Positions 63,697 to 64,000 of a stretch of 64,000 nt of DNA are shown here, piece by piece. The notes beneath the pieces were generated by a model. That model had not been told where the DNA came from. It did not search any database and saw only the letters and a program-made list of their open reading frames with translations. Origin of the DNA: Candidatus Omnitrophota bacterium. Lineage in GTDB: Bacteria > Omnitrophota > Gorgyraeia > B26-G9. Numbering within the stretch: position 1 is the stretch's first letter; each line of letters starts with the position of its first letter. The stretch spans positions 4,549 to 68,548 of the forward strand of contig JAHITE010000081.1 in NCBI GenBank assembly GCA_018817585.1, given 5' to 3'. The position numbers were made by a program, and so were the translations under genes.

Positions 63697-64000
63697 TTAT
63701 GCGCAAATAGCAATAGTATTCTCCATCGTAACCTGGGATATTATTACCGGAAGGATTAAATTCTTAAGGTTTTTCGCTGATTTTAATTTAATCTGAACAT
63801 AGTTATCAGCATACCCCATCCAATATCCATCTTTGCTTAATTCCTCAAAAAGCACCCAGTTTTTTTTATTAAGCAGTTTTTTTCTCGATTCAAAACTAAT
63901 CAGATTAGCAAAATCAGCCAGCTTTTTTTTACGCAGATCTTTAACCTTGGAATCAATCTGATTGGGCATTGTTGCTGCCGGAGTGCCCGGCCGAGGACTA
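63697..64000 (-). CDS. mtaB: tRNA methylthiotransferase MtaB, C-terminal part (enters from outside the window)
   Basis: The frame is open to the window end: SPRPGTPAATMPNQI...VL.E....GYADNY, typical of the MtaB C-terminus/TRAM region. Confidence 0.75.
   Translation of the reverse strand, partial: SPRPGTPAATMPNQIDSKVKDLRKKKLADFANLISFESRKKLLNKKNWVLFEELSKDGYWMGYADNYVQIKLKSAKNLKNLILPVIISQVTMENTIAICA

Overview
AT-rich bacterial chromosomal window, most likely from a PVC-superphylum organism such as Candidatus Omnitrophota. That placement is an inference from a Planctomycetes/Verrucomicrobia-restricted small protein, an ATP-dependent ligase and the gene style. Most genes lie on the minus strand. 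In coordinate order the window holds: a PyrR-attenuated pyr operon (transcribed pyrR-pyrB-pyrC, then EndoQ, flavodoxin and mutM, then partial pyrK); an ~11 kb cluster of four cobalamin-dependent radical SAM enzymes with a GT2, a deacetylase, an FAD oxidoreductase and a GT-C/TPR transferase; rpoN; pyk; a PilZ-flanked transglutaminase/ABC operon; a large GspK/PilX-like protein; wecB; surE, amrS, DNA ligase, NUDIX and rfbD; a laminaribiose-phosphorylase-like GH94; a Ski2-like helicase; aminotransferase, Lrp, lipoyl carrier and lpdA; argS; HD-GYP; rsfS, nadD, proAB, obgE, rpmA and rplU; a frameshifted RNase G/E; pilMNOPQ; and partial mtaB. The most striking unannotated signal is an ~410-nt, independently transcribed, highly structured ncRNA candidate (32412-32823, minus strand). 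It has its own sigma70 promoter, a 5'/3' closing helix and a U-tail, and is followed by a telomere-like (GTGGGGTTA)4 repeat. Other signals missing from the ORF track are an rfbB remnant, a CheC-like mini-ORF, several apparently leaderless genes, and short-period inverted repeats. I saw no CRISPR array, tRNA, rRNA or transposase. All family assignments come from motif recognition by eye; no searches were run.
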